This document shows positions 1 through 12,750 of a DNA stretch of 64,000 bases, one piece after another (the first letter of the stretch is position 1; every line of letters begins with the position of its first letter). The notes beneath the pieces were generated by a model. That model did not search any database. It was given only the letters and a program-made list of their open reading frames with translations, and had not been told where the DNA came from. Made by a program: the position numbers and the translations under genes. The DNA lies in assembly GCF_963921235.1 (NCBI RefSeq), contig NC_086097.1, forward strand, positions 174,408,001 to 174,472,000, in the 5' to 3' direction. The DNA comes from Mobula hypostoma (lineage: Eukaryota).

Positions 1-264
1 TGTTCGAAATTACTCCGTTCTGACTTTTCTCCACTTCGCACGCCCCAACTCCATCTCGACCTTGCTCCAACTTTGCATTGCACCCGCACGCCTTGACCTT
101 TGAGTCAGCCTCACTTCCGCTCGCCTCTTCAGTGTTTGTAGTGATCGCTAACCACAATTTTTACAGAAGTAGTTTTATTAATAAACTATTTAGTTTTATT
201 TTTTGCTTTATGAACCGCCAGTAAGCTGTCTTCCGTCTTCAGGAACACCATCTGTGGCTGTCTT

Positions 265-1055
265 GGGGCAGATTAGGGTGGATAAATCCCCAGGGCCTGA
301 CCGTGTGTTCCCTTGGACCAAGTGGGAGGCTAGTGCAGAAATCACAGGGACCCTAACAGAGATACTTAAAACATCCTTATCCATGGGTGAGGTGCGGGAG
401 AATTGGAGGGTAGCTAATATTGTTCCGTTGTTTAAGAAAGGCTCTAAGAATAAGCCAGGAAGCCATAGGCCAGTAAGATTGACATCAGTGATGGGAAAAT
501 TATTAGAATTTATTCTAAGGGAGCGAATATCTAAGGATTTGCATAGACAGGAACTGATTAGGGATAGTCAACATGGTTGTGTGTGTGGTTGTCGTGTCCA
601 ACCAATCTTATAGACTTTTTTGAGGAAATTACCGGGGAAGTTAATGAAGGCAAGGCAGTGGATGTTGTTTACATGGACTTTAGCAAGGCATTTGATAAGG
701 TTCCCCCAAGGGGGGGTTGGTCAAGAAGGTTCAGTCACTTGGCATTCAAGATGAGGTCATAAATTGGATTAGACATTGGTGTCGCAGAAGAAGCCATCCA
801 CCATATTGCTGATGGTTGCCTCTCAGACAAGAGGCCTGTGACCAGTGGTGTGCCATAGGGATTGGTGCTAGTTCCGTTGTTGTTTGTCATCAATATCAAT
901 GATTTGGATGATAATGTGATAACATGGATCAGCAGATTTGCTGTGGCATCAAGATTTGGGGTGTAGTGGATAGTGATGAAGATTATCAAAGCTTGCAGTG
1001 GGCTATGGTGCAGCTGGAAAAATGGGCTGAAAACGGACAGATGCAAGTTAATGCA
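265..1055 (+). mobile_element. CR1-clade LINE ORF2 (RT) fragment, frameshifted
   Basis: DKSPGPD, WRVANIVPLFKKG, RPVRLTSVMGKLLE and VDVVYMDFSKAFDKVP motifs. Confidence 0.9.
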
Positions 1056-1320
1056 GACTCCTCCTTTTCTCCTATGGTCCTCTTGCCTCTCCTATCAGAT
1101 TCCTTCCTCTCCAGCCCTTTATCTTTCCTACCCACCTGACTTCACCTATCATCTTCTAGCTATCCTCCTTCCCCTCCCACCACCTTTTTTTTATTCTGGC
1201 ATTTTTCCCTTCCTTTCCAGTTGTGAGGAAGGGTCTCTGCCCAAAACATTGACTGTTCATTTATTTCCCTAGATGCTGCCTGAACTGCTGAGTTCCTCCA
1301 GCATTTTGTGTGTGTGTCTG
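1056..1320 (+). mobile_element. Penelope-like element terminal (pLTR) fragment with decayed hammerhead
   Basis: Pyrimidine-rich body and GAAGGGTCTCTGCCCAAAACATTGACTG...AGATGCTGCCTGAACTGCTGAGTTCCTCCAGCA tail shared with 10205-11199 and 40841-41140. Confidence 0.75.
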
Positions 1321-1329
1321 TGTTTTGCC

Positions 1330-2230
1330 TCACACAATAACCCTTTCATTCCCGGAATGGTCCTCTAATGCCAGCACATCTTTTTTTTATATAAGGGGCA
1401 ACCAGCTGCTCAAACTAAGCCAATTGTGGTCTGACCAATGCCTTAGAAAGTCTCAGAATTACATCCTTGCCCTTATATTCTTGTCCTTCTTGAAATGAGT
1501 GCTAACATTGCATTTGTCTTCCTTACCCCTGATTCAACCTTCAATTTAACCTTTAGGGAACCCAGCATGAGGACTCCCAAGAACCTTTGCACCTCAGATT
1601 TTTGAACTTTCTCCCTGTTCAGATAGTAGTCTGTCTTTATTCTTTCTACCAAAGTGTATGACTATATTCTGTTTGCCATTTCTTTACCCATTCTCCCAAT
1701 ATGTTTAAGTCCTACTGCAGGCTCCCTGTATCCTCAACACTACCTGTCCCTCCACCTATCTTCGTATCCTCTGCAAACTTGGCCACAAAGCTATCAACTC
1801 CATCATCCAAATCATTGACATATAACGTGATAAGAAATTATCTCAACACCAAACCCCATGGAACACAACAAGTTACTGGCAGCAAACTTGAAAAGGCCCC
1901 AAGCCTCGTGTGCAGCAACTTGTCAAAGACCTTATGAAAATGTAAGTAAGCAACATCCATAAACTATTCTTAGTCTACCCTGCCTGTTATTTTCTCAAAG
2001 AATTCTAATGTTTCTGTCAAGTAAGATCTCCTCTTAAGGAAACCATGTTGACTTTAGCCTACTCTATCATGTGCCTCCAAGTACCCCAATACCTCATCCT
2101 TAATAATTGACTCCAAGCATCTTCCCAACCACCGAAGTCAGACTGACTGGCTGATAATGTCCTCTGCTTTGGCTCCCTTCCTTCTTAACGAGTGGAGCGA
2201 CATTTGCAATTTTCCAGTCCTCCAGGACCT
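1330..2230 (-). mobile_element. Degraded CR1 RT fragment
   Basis: Antisense CR1 RT motifs (ATCCTCTGCAAACTTGGC = AKFAED; AGTCAGACTGACTGG = PVSLT). Confidence 0.75.
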
Positions 2231-5200
2231 AGTATTCTAATTTGTACCATCCTGGTGCAGGGTCTTAATGTTGCCTAACCTGCTGAGTTCCTCCAGCACT
2301 TGATTTATTGCTCCTGCTTACAGCATCTGTAGTCTGTTGACACCTCAATATTATATTTATGTCTGGTTTTTGATGGATCACTGTTTCCAATGTGTGGGGC
2401 AAGTGTTGGGATTGTTCATTTTCCCCCATGCTTCCTACTGTGCATAAGTTCTCAGATAAACTTATCATAGAAAAGGGAAGCAGGATTGTGGCCACATCCC
2501 CCAATACTACAAATTTCATTATTCCCTTTTTTTTGGCCATGTTTCATGGACCATCCTTCTCCTGGAATTTACTTGAGAACTACTGCCAGTGATATATAAA
2601 ATTAATCTTTCTGGTGTGCAAGCTCTCTGTGGAGGCCAAGAGGAACTGTTTATTTAACCTGAAGACGTCAATAAAACCACCAGTTCAACAACAGGACCTC
2701 AGTGGTCATCTTTTTTTGCTTACAATTGTGTTAAATGTGGCGCAGACAACTAATTTCTACTTATCTCCTGGGATTGGAGGCCTGCCTGCGTGTGAGTGGG
2801 TGGGAGGGTGGAAAAGGGGCTTGTTTTGTTGTTGTTGTTTCGCTGAACATTTTGGGCATGCTATGTTGATGTAGGAATGTGTAGCAACACATGCAGGCTG
2901 CCCCCAGTATACCCTTGGGTATGTTGGTTATTAATGCAAAAGACACATTTCAGTGTATGTTTTGATTTACATGTGATAAATGAATAAATCAGAATCTGAA
3001 TACAGTGCAATTGTTTATATTTTAACTGAAAGTAGAAGCTTTCAATATGAGCAGATGTTTAGCTGGAATAAAATTAGATTCATTAACAAAAGAAAGTTCT
3101 TTCTTTTTTTGAACTTCATATTAATATTACTTTTTGATTTAATGTAAGAAAATTGTTTGGAATGCTATTACTATACTCCTTGGCTTTAAATGCAGTGACC
3201 ACTGATAAAATTATTCATAACTCGAACTGGACAACCCCCATTTTGATAAAATAACCCAGTTTATTGGTACTTGAACTCTGTATAAAAAATATTGTGCCAG
3301 GATGTACTTTGAGCAAAAAGGTAGTTTTACACATGCCATATACCAGGGTAATCTTCATTATCTTTGGACTTTAATTGACCAATGTTTGAAGCTCAAAGTT
3401 TGAGGCATGCTAATATAATTATTCTTTATTATCTGATGAATCTCTATCACAGCTTGCAGGAGCGGAAAAACTAGCATATGGAGTTTACTTTGCTGAATGG
3501 CTTCATTGATAATAATTTGCATCATTTTATGAATGATCATATATAATTTGAATATGACTTAAGTGAACCAGTTACAATCTTGTGATTATACTCTGTCAAA
3601 ATGCATGCATCTGAGTTTTATGTTGTCTTTGCACTTACTTACATAAAGTGTAATAAACCCCTCAAAAAACAAGCAGGACATACATTTGACTAAATGTGCT
3701 TGAGCTTGGTATTATAAGTTGGTTCATCTTCTGGGTACATTTTTGTTGCTCTGACGCTGACAGTTTGAATGGTGTGTATTGAACATGCATGCCTGATGTC
3801 AGAAATGTCACTAGCTTGTATTATATCTTTGGCCAAAGTAGTTCAGATTCTGATGAAGGAGCAATTTTTTTGAAACTTCTGGCAGCTCCAAACTTGCCTA
3901 TATTTCATTGTTTCCTCTCATGGAAAAAATTCAGTTGTTTCTTAAAGTGCCTGCATGATGGTTGGAAATGGTAGTACAGCTTAAACTGCATTGAAGTGAT
4001 ATAATGAGCTTTGTTGACTTGGATGATCTTTGCTCAATAATTTTGTTTTGTTCCTAATACTTGGAGAAGATTCAAATGTAGGGATAAGTTATGGGTTTAC
4101 TTTATCTCTATTCTATGTGATGTTGGAATTCCTATTTGATAGGTTCAGTTCATTGCAGTTTGGAATTTGTGATAAATAAGTTGCATAATCAGTATGATAA
4201 TTCTCAAGTGCTTATACAGCAGTGCTTCTCAGTGACTGCTTAGCAGTATAATAATGCTGTGGTGCACTACTATTAACCATCTGTCTTTCATTTTCCCCAG
4301 TTGTTGATAGGAGAGGAGGCTTCTTTCTATAGAATGAGATCAGGGGAGAATTTTAATTCAGGCTTCCACCTCTGTCTCACTTGCTCAACTCTAAGGATTG
4401 GTGAGATTAGGGATCTTACAATGATTGCATGGTTTCTACACTGGAATCTTTGGATTTATTGATACTTCTCAGTTTTATTTATTTTACTTTCTGAAGTTCA
4501 AGTTTTGTACTTTATGTTCATGTAAACTTTCATTCTTAAAAAGTGCTTGAAAACAGCATTTAGTAAAAAATGAAAAGTTGATCTGAGCTAGTAACACAAT
4601 AATTTAAGAACTGCTAAGTAAATTTATAGACAATAGCATTGAATGGCTGATTCCAACAAGACAGGACAGTTCAGGAAAAGATTTACTGCCTCTGTAAAAA
4701 CAAATAAAGCTCCAGTAAGTATTGTATGTCTTTTCTTGTATGTTTGTCAAGTTATTTTCAATTATGATATGTCCAGCTTCATAAATTCTGTAAAGAGAGT
4801 TCGCCAATATGTTTCTTTAGTTATACTGATAAGCTTCTGATTTTGGCATGCAGGCAAGAAAATCAAACAAGGATCTATGTTTTCGCAAACCTTAGCATTG
4901 TGTCTGGTTTTGCCAGTTTTGAAATTAAGTTGACAATCTGTGGCTGGGTACTCATCATCTCATGTATTTCTTGTAACACCAGTTGAAATGCTACTTCTCT
5001 GATAGTCAACGTGCTGTCAGGAGTTTCAAAATCATTTACCTTGCCCATTGCACAGTGGATTGCAGACTGGCTCTAGAGAAGGTGGAGATGAGAAAATAAT
5101 TTGATTACTTTTCTCTCTCCTTTCTATAACTGCAATAAACTCTCGTCAGCCATTCTTCATTATCGCATACATGCCTCACATGTGGTAATGGACTCAAATG

Positions 5201-5866
5201 CAGGACAAAAAAGAGCTTGGGAGCTTGCCAAATATTTTAATCGTTAAAATCTGTTCAAGTTTGAAGAGAGTGCACAGATAATTCAGAACTGCATTGTGCT
5301 ACATTAGTAGTAAACAAGCTCGAAGTGTCCTTGGTACCTTATTGGCTATGTTTCCCTTCAACCTGTGGTGTCCTCCAATATTGTTTTGAGTGCTAGGAAT
5401 TGCGTTACCACCTGATGTATTTGAGTACTTCAAAATAGTATTTAGTTTTAGATAGATTGTTGCATTTTAACACAGAATCATCTTTTCCTGGACTTTGGAA
5501 AGGAATATGGCCGATTCTTCCCATTCCTTCCATATATCCCATGAAGTATGGAAAATGCTAGAACGCCTGCATTGTGCTATTTTATCCAAGCAGGAAAATA
5601 CTTAAAAATATTGCCATTTTGGTTATTTTTGAGGCAGATTGCAAATTAAGACCACCATCATCGTAGTGATCATTGTCAGAGTGGACAAAGTTACTGTGGT
5701 GATCTTGAGGCTTAGAGTGAACAGAGTCACAGCAGTGATCTGAGGCTTCAGCTCTTCGCAGCTTCAGTCAGAGAAGGCAAAAAAAAAGAAAAGCTCAAGA
5801 TAAAGATTTCTTTCCCTTTCCTTCTTTATATCTGCTCAGTAGAGATGCCAAGCAGGATAGTTGAAA

Positions 5867-6380
5867 TTCAAAGTTGAAAGTAAAATTTATTAGCAAGAGT
5901 ACATGCATGCCACCACATACAACCCTGAGATTCTTTTTCTGCGGACATACTTAGCAAATCTATAGAACCGGAGCTGTAAGCATTAAATATCAGGAACTGT
6001 AAACTGTAAGCAAACTGTGCAAATGCAGATAATAAATAAATAGCAATACATAACAAGCACGAAATAACAAGATAAGAGAAGTCCTTAAATGAGTGTAGCT
6101 ATCCCCTTTTCTTCAAGAGCCTGATGGCTGAGGGGTAGTAACTGTTCTTGAACCTGGTGGTGTGAGTCCTGAGGCACTTGTACCTTCTTCCTGATGTCAG
6201 CAGTGAGAAAAGAGCATGGCCTGGGTGGTGAGGATCTTTGATGATGGATGCTGCTTTTCTACAGCAACATTTCATGTAGATGTGCTTTATGTACTGGGTC
6301 AAATCTACCTTTTGTAGGATTTTCTGCTCAAAGGCATTGCTGTTCCCATACCAGGCCCTAATGTAGCCAGTCAGCACACT
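5867..6380 (-). mobile_element. Rex1/Babar-type LINE 3' fragment
   Basis: IIKDPHHPGHALFSLLTSGRRYKCLRTHTTRFKNSYYPSAIRLL; tail AATAAATTTTACTTTCAACTTTGAA. Confidence 0.8.
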
Positions 6381-6486
6381 TTCCACTTGCAGGATGTGAG
6401 AAGGCAGGGAGACCTCCAGTGGCCCTGATGAATACAACTGCAAGAAGTGCATCCAGCTGCAGCTTCTGACAATCCACATTAATTTT

Positions 6487-6765
6487 ATGTATTTATTTAT
6501 TGAGTTACAGCACTGAATAGGTCCTTCCGGCCCTTCAAGCCATGCAGCCCAGCAATCCCCCGATTTAAAATCACAGGACAATTTACAATGACCAATTAGC
6601 CTACCTTTGCATCTTTGGACTGTGGGAGGAGACCGGAGCACCTAGAGGAAAACCCACTTGATCACAGGCAGAGCATGCAAACTCCTTACAGGCAGCAACG
6701 GGAAATGAACTTGGGTTGCTGGTACTGTAAAGCATTGTGCTAACCACTATGCTATTGTGTCACCC
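6487..6765 (-). mobile_element. tRNA-derived V-SINE-like element
   Basis: Minus strand: A-box-like TAGCATAGTGG, B-box-like AGTTCATTTCC, V-domain-like GGTGCTCCGGTCTCTCCCACAGTCCAAAGATG, AATAAAT tail. Confidence 0.75.
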
Positions 6766-7085
6766 TAGGACATGGAGCTGGAACTGGATGAACTCCAGAT
6801 CATTCGGGAGGTTGAAGTGGTGATAGATAGGACATAGGTAGTTACACCTAAGGTGGAGGAAAAAGGAAACTGGGTGACAGTCAGGAAGGGGAAAGAGGTT
6901 TATCAGCCAGTGCAGGGTACCCCAATGGCCACCCCCCTCAGCAACAGGTTGACAACACTTTTGGTGGGGGGATGATCTGACAGAGGAAAGTCACAGTGAT
7001 TGGATCTCTGGCACTGAGTCTGCCTCTCTGACTCAGAGGGAAAGGGAGGAAAAGAGCTGCACTGTTGTGATAGGGGATTCATTAT

Positions 7086-7995
7086 GGGAATACCATCTAT
7101 AAATTTGCTGACGACACAACCATTGTTAGTAGAAGTTCAGGTGATGGCGAGGGGGCGTACAGGAGCCCTCTAGAGGAGTGGTGTTGCAGCAACAACCTGG
7201 CATTCAACGTCAGTAAGACGAAAGAGCTGACTGTGGACTTCTGGAAGGGTAAGACGAAGGAACATATACCAATCCTCATAGAGGGATCAGAAGTAGAGAG
7301 AGTGAGCAGTTTCAGGTTCCTGGGTGTCAAGAAGTCTGAGGATCTAACCTGGTCCCAACATATCGATGTAGTTATAAAGAAGGCAAGACAGCGCTATACT
7401 TCATGAGAAGAGATTTGGCATGTGAACATATATATTCAAAAATGTCTATAGGTGTACTGTGGAGATCATTCTGAAAGGCTGCATCACTTTCTTGTATGGG
7501 GCGGGGGGGGGGGCGCGACTGTACAGGACCGAAAGAAGCTGCAGAGGGTCGTAAATCTAGTCAGCTCCATCTTGGGTACTAGCCTACAAAGTACCCAGGA
7601 CATCTTCAGGGAGTGGTGTCTCAGAAAGGCAGCTTCCTTTATTAAGGACCTCCAGCACCCAGGGCATGCCCTTTTCTCACTGTTACCATCAGGTAGGAGG
7701 TACAGAAGCCTGAAGGCACACACTCAGCGATTCAGGAACAGTTTCTTCCCCTCTGCCATCCGATTCCTAAATGGACAATGAACCCTTGGACACTACCTCA
7801 CTTTTTTTAAAAATATACAGTATTTCTGTTTTTTGCATGTTTTTTAATCTATTCAATATATGTGTACTGTAATTGATTTACTTATTTATTATTTTAATTT
7901 TATTATCTTTTTCTCTGTTAGATTATGTACTGCTGTTGCTAAGTTAACAAATTTCACGTCACATACCGGTGATAATAATTCTGATTCTGATTCTG
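7086..7995 (+). mobile_element. Rex1/Babar-type LINE 3' end
   Basis: YKFADDTT, KTKELTVDF, HPGHALFSLLPSGRRYRSL; (TCTGAT)n tail at ~7980-7995. Confidence 0.85.
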
Positions 7996-8324
7996 AATGG
8001 ACAGGAGGTTCTGTGGGTGAGAACAAGATTCCCAAATGGTATGATGCCTCCCAGGTGTTAGGGATTGGGACATCTCAAATCAAGTCCTCAGTGTTCTTAA
8101 GTGGGAGGGTGTAAGGCCAGAGGGTGTGGTCCATGTAGGTACCAATGACGTGGGTAGGAAGAGTGATGAGGTTCAGCAAAATGAGTTCAGGGAGTTAGGT
8201 GCAAAGTTAAAGGGCAGGACCTTAAGGCTAGTGATCACAGGAATGCTACATGTGCCATGTGCTAATGAGTCCAGAACTAGGATGATTAAATGGTTTAGCA
8301 CATGGCTGAGGAGTTGGTGTAGGA

Positions 8325-9350
8325 CAGGGGTCCCCAACCTTTTTTGCACCGCGGACCGGTTTAATATTGACAATATTCTTGCAGACCGGCCGACTGGGGG
8401 TGTGGTGTTAATCACGACCGGAATATAGGTGATAAGTTTACTATAAGTCACTTATAGGTGGCTAATAAACTCAATTTCGTTTCTCAAATTCTAACGAATT
8501 TAATATTAAACACAGCGCATATTTTCCTCGCATGAATATAATGATGAGTCAATTATAAGTCACTTTTAAGTCAATAGCATCATAACATTTTAAGTAACGT
8601 TTGGATATTAAACACAGCGCATATTTTCCTCCTATAAACATATAAAATCATTGCAACATACCAATATCACTGAATCAGTAGGAGCCCTGGTCTTGTTTCT
8701 GGCAACAAGACGATTCCATCGAGGGGTGATGGGAGACAGCGATACTCGAAGGGGGTTCCTTATGTCCAGTCTATTCCACTTCGCAGAGATATGATGTTGG
8801 AAATGGAAGCAACGTTTTCAGTGCTTTTGTGGCTATCTCAGGATATTTAGCCTTGACTTTGATCCAGAATGCCGGCAGAGATGTTATGTCAAACATAATT
8901 TTCAGCCCGCCGTCATTTGCAAGCTCGAGGAGTTGATCTTCTTCCTGCGCTGACATGGATGACGTGTGCGTGATAACCTCTCATGCATTCAAGTTCAACA
9001 GTGGGCATGACAGGGAATGAGGAAAGGTGCAGCAGGGTTACCTGATTGGCGTTTTTGGTGCCAAGTTCCAGAAACCTGGCCTTTTTCCAATGTGGTTGGC
9101 GTCAGAAATTTCATTTGGCTTTTGGGCTTTTTCCTGGCTTTTTTACATGCTAAATTATCTGCTTGAAAATTACATACCATCCTTTTTCTGAAACATTTTC
9201 CTTTAAGAAAAATGTTTTTTGGTCAGTTATGTTTGGCAATGTTTCTGCCGCCAAGAGTCTGGGCAAGAAGGTGCCGACCGGCAAGTTGGCAACATGGTCA
9301 CGTCGCCAAATCATATCGTTTCCTCGCAGCCTGGTGGCTAGGGACCACTG
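8325..9350 (-). mobile_element. Non-autonomous hAT (Charlie/SPIN-Buster type) element with transposase C-terminal remnant
   Basis: TIRs CAGGGGTCCCCAACC ... GGCTAGGGACCACTG; ORF 8771-8956 LLELANDGGLK...FWIKVKAKYPEIATKALKTLLPFPTSYLCE (hAT dimerisation domain); homologous to 30323-31506. Confidence 0.88.
9033..9296. mobile_element. Small TIR element nested in the hAT copy
   Basis: Absent from the homologous hAT copy at 30323; imperfect TIRs CAGGGTTACC ... GGCAACATG. Confidence 0.6.
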
Positions 9351-9359
9351 GTCTATGGT

Positions 9360-9790
9360 ACAATGCCATCGGAATGATTTCACCCTTCCTATCTTTGAGT
9401 TCTACCCATATAGACTGAGAGGATGAGCCCTCCAGTATTTCCCCTTTGAGTGCAGCTGTGATATTGTCTCTGATTAGTAGTGCATCGCCCCTCCCCCTTT
9501 TACTCCCAGGATATTAACCTGCCAATTCCTGTTGGCTTCTCAACCAAGTCTCTGTAATGGCCACCAACATCATAGCTCCTTTTACCGATCCATGTTTCAA
9601 GTTCATCACCTTTACTCATAATGTTTCTCGCATTAAAATGCATACGCTTCAAGCTATCCATCCCATCATATCTATTACTTTGCTCCAGCCTGTTTCTACT
9701 GGCTCAGGCAAAAACCTGCTCTCCATCTTCCACTTTCTGATCTGGTGCTCTGGTTCCATCCCTTGCCAAGCTAGTTCTTTTTCCTGATTT
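9360..9790 (-). mobile_element. Degraded CR1 APE-endonuclease fragment
   Basis: Antisense VAITETW (CCAAGTCTCTGTAATGGCCAC) and KGEGR-ALLI-like motifs. Confidence 0.6.
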
Positions 9791-10009
9791 TTTTCCCTTT
9801 ATTTCCAGTATTAATTCACAAGATTGTGTTAAAAGGAAATTAGAGACCTTTCATTCAAACCTCTTGACGACTAATTAATCCAGGCATGAGCATTCATGTT
9901 ATATTTGATGTATATCCTTCTGACAAAAATTGAGGCTATTTGGCCAATTGAATTTATGCTGGCCCTCAGAGCAATCACATTTTTCTTCATTTTCCCTTTA
10001 ACCTATTCT

Positions 10010-10204
10010 CTCACACAAACCAATTAATTTGCCCCCGATTGTCCTGTCATGCCCTATACATAAGGGGAATTTTACAGTGGCCAGTTGACATGTCAACTAC
10101 CATGCATTTGGGACGTGGAGGGAAATAAGAGCATCCAGAGGCAATCTATGCAGACATAGGCAGAAGGTGCAAACGCTGTGCTACCCACAATAAGGGTCAG
10201 GATC
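10010..10204 (-). mobile_element. Degraded V-SINE-like element
   Basis: Similar to 6487-6765 (TTTACAGTGGCCAGTTGAC...TTTGGGACGTGGAGGGAAA). Confidence 0.55.
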
Positions 10205-11199
10205 AAGCAACACACATCAAAGTTGCTGGTGAACGCAGCAGGCCAGGCAGCATCTCTAGGAAGAGGTACAGTCAACGTTTCAGGCCGAGACCCTTTGTCA
10301 GGACTAACTGAAGGAAGAGCAAGTAAGAGATTTGAAAGTGGGAGGGGGAGGAGGAGATCCAAAATGATAGGAGAAGACAGGAGGGGGAGGGATGGAGCCA
10401 AGAGCTGGACAGGTGGTTGGCAAAGGGGATATGAGAGGATCATGGGACAGGAGTTCCAGGGAGAAAGACAAGGGGGGGGGGAACCAGAGGATGGGCAAGG
10501 GGTATAGTCAGAGGGAGAAAAAGGAGAGTGAGAGAAAGAATGTGTGTATAAAAATAAATAACGGATGGGGTACGAGGGGGAGGTGGGGCATTAGCGGAAG
10601 TTAGAGAAGTCGATGTTCATGCCATCAGGTTGGAGGCTACCCAGACGGAATATAAGGTGTTGTTCCTCCAACCTGAGTGTGGCTTCATCTTTACAGTAGA
10701 GGAGGCCGTGGATAGACATGTCAGAATGGGAATGGGATGTGGAATTAAAATGTGTGGCCACTGGGAGATCCTGCTTTCTCTGGTGGACAGAGTGTAGGTG
10801 TTCAGCAAAGCGGTCTCCCAGTCTGCGTCGGGTCTCGCCAATATATAGAAGGCCACATCAGGAGCACTGGATGCAGTATATCACCCCAGCCGACTCACAG
10901 GTGAAGTGTCGCCTCACCTGGAATGACTGTCTGGGGCCCTGAATGGTGGTAAGGGAGGAAGTGTAAGGGCATGTGTAGCACTTGTTCCGCTTACACGGAT
11001 AAGTGCCAGGAGGAAGATCAGTGGGGAGGGATGGGGGGGGGGGGACGAATGTCCAGCTCTTGGCTCCATCCCTCCCCTTCCTGTCTTCTCCAATCTTTTT
11101 GAAGTCCTGACGAAGGGTCTCGGCCTGAAACGTCAACTGCGCCTCTTCCTATAGATGCTGCCTGGCCTGCTGCGTTCACCAGCAACTTTGATGTATGTT
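10205..11199 (-). mobile_element. Penelope-like element 3' part (GIY-YIG endonuclease remnant) with an inverted second pLTR
   Basis: Minus strand: PGTYPCKRNKCYTCPY...FTCESAGVIYCIQCS*CGLLYIGETRRRLGDRFAEHL; 11051-11199 is an inverted copy of the terminal sequence at 10207-10410. Confidence 0.9.
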
Positions 11200-11229
11200 A
11201 CAAGTTATGATGGTAGACAGGCAATCATC

Positions 11230-12750
11230 AGCATTTTAGGAAATAATTGCTGATTTGAAAAACATGTATTTTGTTAAGGTAAAAATAACCCGTTGGAAAA
11301 TTTTTAGTCCTTGGCTGGCAAAACAATCAAAGGAAGAGGCTGATAAAAATGCCAGAAATAACAATAGGCCTGACGACTGGGAATATTATACAACTCAGCA
11401 AAGGATGACCAAGAATTGATTTAGAAAGGATAGACAGAACAAGAGAGTAAACTGGTTTAAAAAAAAACAAAATAAAGCTGACTGTAAGAACTTGTAAGCG
11501 TATGTAAATTGAGAAATAATATTTTTTCAAATGTTTGTTGCCTTACAGACAGAAATCGGAAAAATGTAGAATAGGAAATACAAGAAAAATTCATTGTGTT
11601 CTTAGTTGAGAATAAGACACAAACAATTGCCAAATATACTAGAGAATTGTGTATCTAGCAAGAACAAGGAACTGAAGGTTAGAATTAGTAAAAAGAAAAA
11701 TACTTAGGTAAGACTAGATGCTCAAAAGTCCTAAAGGTGTGATGATCCAGATCACAGACATTTGAGCACTATAGAATACAGTAGATGTGTCGGTTTTCAT
11801 TTTTCAAAATTAGATTCTGAAGTGGTTCGTTCATTTTGGGAGGTAACAAATGTGACTCCACTATATACAAAGAACAGATAAAGCAGGTATAATTTTTGGA
11901 GAAATGTTGGAATCTAAAGTCTGAGTTGTAGTACAGTATACCTACATTTTCAAAAACCTTTGATTATATTCCACAGAAGGTGTTGGTCAGCAAGCTTAAG
12001 GCATATGAATTTGGAGGATAGGAACATAATATATTGGTGTGAGAAGAGATTAAGAGTTGGACTAATTAGCCCTTTTCAGATTAACAGGATGTGACTACTG
12101 AACTACCACAAAGATCATTGCATGTCCCCAGCTCTTCACAATCTGGATAAAAATGTTGGTTAAGGGACCCAAGTGCCATACTTGTAAGTTCACAAATCTA
12201 GGTGAAATTTTGAGTAGGATGGAGGATGAGAAAAGGCTTAATTTGTACGTAGACAAGCTGAGTAAATGGGCAAGTTGAAAATATTGTAGAAAAAATGTGA
12301 GGTGATCCGTTTTGGTGCAGAAAAGTAAGACATCATGTTACGGCTATGAAAGTTGTTGGTGAGACCACACTTGATGTGCATTTCTAGTCATCCAGCTATA
12401 GGAGGGATGTTATGAATTTGGAAAAGGTACAGCAAAAATTTCAGTAAGATTTTAACAAGAGCTTAAGTTACAAAGGGGGGCTGGATACGCTGGAACTTTT
12501 TTTTCCTTGGAGTGTAGAAGGGTGAGGTGTGGCCTTTTAGAGGTATATAAAATCATGAGGGGCATAGATAAGGTGAATGGTTATGGGCTTTTTCCCTAGG
12601 GTAGTAGAGTCCAAATATTAACTGAATCAAGGGATAAGATGGTTTGCACAGAAACATAGTGCTGAGCTATATCAACTATGATTTTGATAATTAGTGGGGT
12701 ATAAGGTTGAAGGATCCAAATGACCAGCTTCTACACTTGATTCCCATGTT
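11230..12750 (+). mobile_element. Old, heavily degraded CR1 ORF2
   Basis: Residual motifs (GGGAGGTAACAAATGTGACTCCACTATAT; GTGAGACCACACTTG; AGAGGTATATAAAATCATGAGGGGCATAGATA). Confidence 0.6.

Larger units (their letters stand above)
5690..8324 (+). mobile_element. CR1-type LINE 5' part (5'UTR + ORF1 zinc finger/SGNH esterase), split by nested insertions
   Basis: Pieces at ~5690-5866, 6383-6480, 6766-7085 and 7997-8324 are collinear with the copy at 29100-31850; CxxC motifs, VIGDS and VHVGTND motifs. Confidence 0.8.
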
